DNA of 32,000 nt from positions 3,960,001-3,992,000 of the forward strand of contig CP060262.1 in assembly GCA_022646745.1 (NCBI GenBank), in the 5' to 3' direction. Under the pieces are notes generated by a model. It ran no database searches. It had not been told where the DNA came from and was given only the letters and a program-made list of their open reading frames with translations. A program made the translations under genes and the position numbers. Below are positions 28,947-32,000 of this stretch, one piece after another. Numbering within the stretch: position 1 is the first letter of the stretch; every line of letters starts with the position of its first letter. This DNA is from Planctomycetales bacterium. GTDB taxonomy: Bacteria; 4484-113; JAFGCY01.

Positions 28947-30064
28947 GCATCAGCCACGAAAGCGCCGGTACAGCCCTCAAAGGGACATCCCTGTCGCTCA
29001 GTGGCGGCGGCTTCCGCGCCACCCTGTTCCACCTTGGCAGCCTGACGCGCCTGAATGAACTGGGCTGGCTGCCGAAGCTGGACCGCATCGTCTGTGTCAG
29101 CGGCGGCAGCATCCTCGGTGCCTGGCTCGGTTGCCGCTGGCAAGAGCTGCGCTTCGAAGGCGATGTCGCCACCAACCTGAGTGAGGTGGTTGGTGATCCG
29201 CTCCGCAAGCTGTGCTCAATGCGCATTGACGTTGCCAGCCTGTGGAGCTACCCGCTGCACCTGCGGGGCAATGGCTCACGGCTCGGCCTGCTTTATGCGA
29301 AACACATGTATGGCACGGCCACCCTGGCTGAGCTGCCAAGAGCCCCGCAAGTGGAGCTGATGGCGACCAACCTGCTGACCGGCGGTTACGTTTCAATGTC
29401 CGCACGTGGCATCCATGACAACCGCATCGGCCTGCTGCCAATGACCGACCTGCCGGTGGCAATGGCGGTGGCGGCCTCCTGCGCACTGCCCCCCTACTTC
29501 TCACCGATCCATGTGAAGTCCGACCCGGCTGACTGGCAGCTGGAGGATGTGGCGCGCAAGCTCGAAGACCCGCGCATGCGCAAACGCATGCTGTTGGCGG
29601 ACGGGGGTGCCTATGACAACCTCGGGATGGAAGCGGTGCTGGATGTGAACGAGACGATCCTGTTCAGCGATGCCAGCTCCCTGTTCCCGGCCTGGAAGAG
29701 CCTGGCGCGCGACCGCACCCTGCAGCTGATGCGCAGCAACACGGTGATGGTCAGCCGGCTGCGCAGCCTGCGCAAGCGCTACCTGCTCGAGCAGCGGCTT
29801 GGCAACCCCGGGCATCCGCAGCGCGGGGCCTACTGGGGGATCTCGAGCGAGATCGAGGACTATGGGCTGGACGATGCGCTGGCAACGGACAGTGAGCAGA
29901 CCGCCTCACTTGCCTACACGCGCACACGCCTGAGCCGCTTCTTCGAGGAGGAGCAGGCCCAGCTGATCAACTGGGGTTACGCGCTGACGGATGCGGCGAT
30001 GCGGCGTTACCTCAATGCGGACGGCCCGACCCCGCAATGGCCCTGCCCCGAACACAGGTTGTAG
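28943..30064 (+). CDS. Patatin-like phospholipase family protein
   Basis: The GTG at 28943 overlaps the lnt stop (GTGA). Oxyanion motif LSGGGFRA, nucleophile elbow-like CVSGGS, and catalytic Asp in ADGGAYDNLG. The start is inferred, not certain. Confidence 0.78.
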   Translation: MSISHESAGTALKGTSLSLSGGGFRATLFHLGSLTRLNELGWLPKLDRIVCVSGGSILGAWLGCRWQELRFEGDVATNLSEVVGDPLRKLCSMRIDVASLWSYPLHLRGNGSRLGLLYAKHMYGTATLAELPRAPQVELMATNLLTGGYVSMSARGIHDNRIGLLPMTDLPVAMAVAASCALPPYFSPIHVKSDPADWQLEDVARKLEDPRMRKRMLLADGGAYDNLGMEAVLDVNETILFSDASSLFPAWKSLARDRTLQLMRSNTVMVSRLRSLRKRYLLEQRLGNPGHPQRGAYWGISSEIEDYGLDDALATDSEQTASLAYTRTRLSRFFEEEQAQLINWGYALTDAAMRRYLNADGPTPQWPCPEHRL

Positions 30065-30068
30065 GAGC

Positions 30069-31010
30069 TCAGTTGGCAAGCAGGCTGCCGGACTTGGCAG
30101 CCGTATAGGCGAAGATCAGCCAGTCCGCGAACACATGCACGATGAAAGCCGGCCACAGGCTGCGCCGGCGCCATGTCCAGGCCCCAAGCAGCACGCCCCA
30201 GCCGCCGGCGAGCACGAGGCCCATGATCCCCTGCGGGGTGCCGTACCAGTGGATCAGCCCGAACACGAGACCCTGCAGCAGCACCTGGTGGCGGGCCCGC
30301 ATCAGGGTGCGCAGTGATCCGAGCAGCACGCCACGGAACCACAGTTCCTCCTGCAGCGCGTTGACAACGGCGAACAGCGCACCGGCAACCAGGAACTTCG
30401 AACGTCCCATTTCGGCGGATATGCCGAATGGCGACCATTGGCCGTGGTTCTCACCGAAGTAGTACTGGTAGCCATACAGCCCGCCGAAGGTCAGCGCGAG
30501 GAAGCCGACAGTGATCAGGATGTCAACCGGCAGGAAGCGGAACTTCAGGTTGAAGTGGAAGCGCACCCGGGTGATGCGGCGTGAATACAGCAACACCGCC
30601 ACCACGCCGATCAGTTCAAGCGCGTAGTAGATGTAGTCCGGATGAACGGGAATGCCCGCCAGGTCCAGCAGGCTGGGAGTGCCCCATGCCTTGTTGCCAA
30701 TAATCAGCGCATAGATTAGGCGCACAAGCCCGAAGTGCACCAGCATGAAGATCGCCAGCAGCTTCAGGTGCCCGGCCGGTTCGAGATCAGACAGTGCGGT
30801 CGGGATGAACTGCCCGTCGCGCTGTGTCAGGTATTCACGACGGCTGTAGACCACCGCGGCAAGCAGGATCACCAGCATTGCCAAGTACTGCAGCGGGTGC
30901 ATCCGCCAGAAGAATTCCTGCATGGCCGCCATGCAGGGCAGCATGGCAATCACCAGCCCGTAGAGGGGCGCAAGCCGTGCATCTGGGGAGCCGGGGACAG
31001 ACACAGTCAC
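30069..31010 (-). CDS. CPBP family (CAAX/Abi-type) intramembrane glutamic endopeptidase
   Basis: 313 aa, polytopic. Motifs QEELWFRG (EExxxR), FGLIHW (FxxxH) and HVFADW (HxxxD/N). GTG start at 31010 is uncertain. Confidence 0.8.
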   Translation of the reverse strand: MTVSVPGSPDARLAPLYGLVIAMLPCMAAMQEFFWRMHPLQYLAMLVILLAAVVYSRREYLTQRDGQFIPTALSDLEPAGHLKLLAIFMLVHFGLVRLIYALIIGNKAWGTPSLLDLAGIPVHPDYIYYALELIGVVAVLLYSRRITRVRFHFNLKFRFLPVDILITVGFLALTFGGLYGYQYYFGENHGQWSPFGISAEMGRSKFLVAGALFAVVNALQEELWFRGVLLGSLRTLMRARHQVLLQGLVFGLIHWYGTPQGIMGLVLAGGWGVLLGAWTWRRRSLWPAFIVHVFADWLIFAYTAAKSGSLLAN

Positions 31011-31062
31011 ATTATGTCAGATTACTGAGCAATGGCCTAAATCTCCCGTGTAAGATCAGCCC

Positions 31063-32000
31063 ATGCGCCGATTGCTGCAACTTGCCGCCTGCCTGATTGC
31101 CTCCATGTTCGCCTGCGCGAGCGCGCATGCCGCGGAACTGTATTACTACAGCGACTTCCTGCTGGAAATGCGCGGGCGGGATTGCCGCGATGAATCTGGC
31201 CTGCTCTGGCCTAATCTGCAAACATTGAAGCGTGCAGCGGACGGAGCACTCAAGCAGCAGCCGCTGTCTGTTGTCAGTGCTGACCGGCAGGCAGGAGATG
31301 TCGACGCGCATGATTACCTGAGCTACGCGCCCTACTACTGGCCGGACCCGAAGAAGGAGGACGGCTTGCCCTGGATCAATCGCGACGGTGAGCGCAACCC
31401 GACCAGCGAGGCAATGCCCAACCGGCGGGACTGGTCACGGCTGCAGGGCTGCCTGCGCGACCTCTGCCTGGCCTGGCATTTCACCGGCGACGAACGCTAT
31501 GCGAAACACGCCGCGCTGCTGGCACGCACATGGTTCCTTGATGAAACAACACGCATGAACCCCAACCTCGAGCATGCCCAGGGGGTACCGGGGCGCAGCG
31601 ATGGCAGCGGCTGGGGCATCATCGACTGGGCCCAGGTGCCGGCACTTTTGGACCACATCACGATGCTGGAAAGCTGGCAGGGCTGGACGGAGGCAGACCG
31701 CACTGGCATCCGGCAGTGGTTCAGTGAGTACCGCGACTGGCTGCTGAGAAGCAACAATGGCAAGGTTGCGGCCAACGCCAAAAACAACCATGCGACCTAC
31801 TATGACGGACAGATTGTCAGCATCTCGCTGTTCCTTGGCGACCGTGAAACTGCCCGGCAATTCTGCGAGGCCGCCGGTGACAAGCGGTTTGCGCACATGA
31901 TCGCGGCCGATGGCAGCCAGCCGCTGGAACTGCGCCGCACCAAGAGCTGGGACTACAGCATCTACAACCTGCAGGCGATGGTCAACCTGGCGCGGCTGGC
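31063..32000 (+). CDS. Secreted alginate-lyase-family polysaccharide lyase (5' partial, runs off the window)
   Basis: Open from ATG at 31063 to the window end. Signal peptide MRRLLQLAACLIASMFACASAHA. HDYLSYAPYYWPDPKKEDGLPWINRDGERNP and NNHATYY resemble the alginate_lyase family signature as I recall it. Confidence 0.6.
   Translation, partial: MRRLLQLAACLIASMFACASAHAAELYYYSDFLLEMRGRDCRDESGLLWPNLQTLKRAADGALKQQPLSVVSADRQAGDVDAHDYLSYAPYYWPDPKKEDGLPWINRDGERNPTSEAMPNRRDWSRLQGCLRDLCLAWHFTGDERYAKHAALLARTWFLDETTRMNPNLEHAQGVPGRSDGSGWGIIDWAQVPALLDHITMLESWQGWTEADRTGIRQWFSEYRDWLLRSNNGKVAANAKNNHATYYDGQIVSISLFLGDRETARQFCEAAGDKRFAHMIAADGSQPLELRRTKSWDYSIYNLQAMVNLARL

Overview
High-GC (about 60%) bacterial chromosomal segment, probably from a flagellated diderm (Lnt and lipobox lipoproteins are present); I cannot assign a taxon. 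Reading left to right: a PhnD-like binding lipoprotein, a Lys/Ala-rich histone H1-like protein, a VOC/glyoxalase, DUF2071 and DUF58 proteins, and tsf-rpsB. Then a polytopic membrane protein, a BMP-like lipoprotein, two overlapping unknown ORFs, and a 28-aa bS22-like ORF too short for the ORF track. A minus-strand flagellar/chemotaxis operon follows: flhA-flhF-flhG-cheB-cheW-cheC-cheD-(small membrane protein)-fliA. After a SAM-methyltransferase-like gene comes the most unusual region, five tandem paralogous ~330-380-aa genes (19885-25838). Each has an N-terminus resembling a type II secretion major pseudopilin (GspG-like) fused to a large conserved C-terminal region that I cannot name. Only the fifth gene keeps the canonical prepilin motif G|FTLIE; the other four carry G-RWLMG with Glu5 lost. 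The fifth gene is separated from the others by a 676-nt repeat- and hairpin-rich non-coding spacer, and no pilus or T2SS assembly gene is in the window. The right end holds a small unknown protein with a near-consensus promoter, a histidine phosphatase, lnt, a patatin-like lipase, a CPBP protease and a partial alginate-lyase-family gene. No rRNA, tRNA, CRISPR array or transposase was seen. All family assignments rest on motif recognition by eye, not on database searches.
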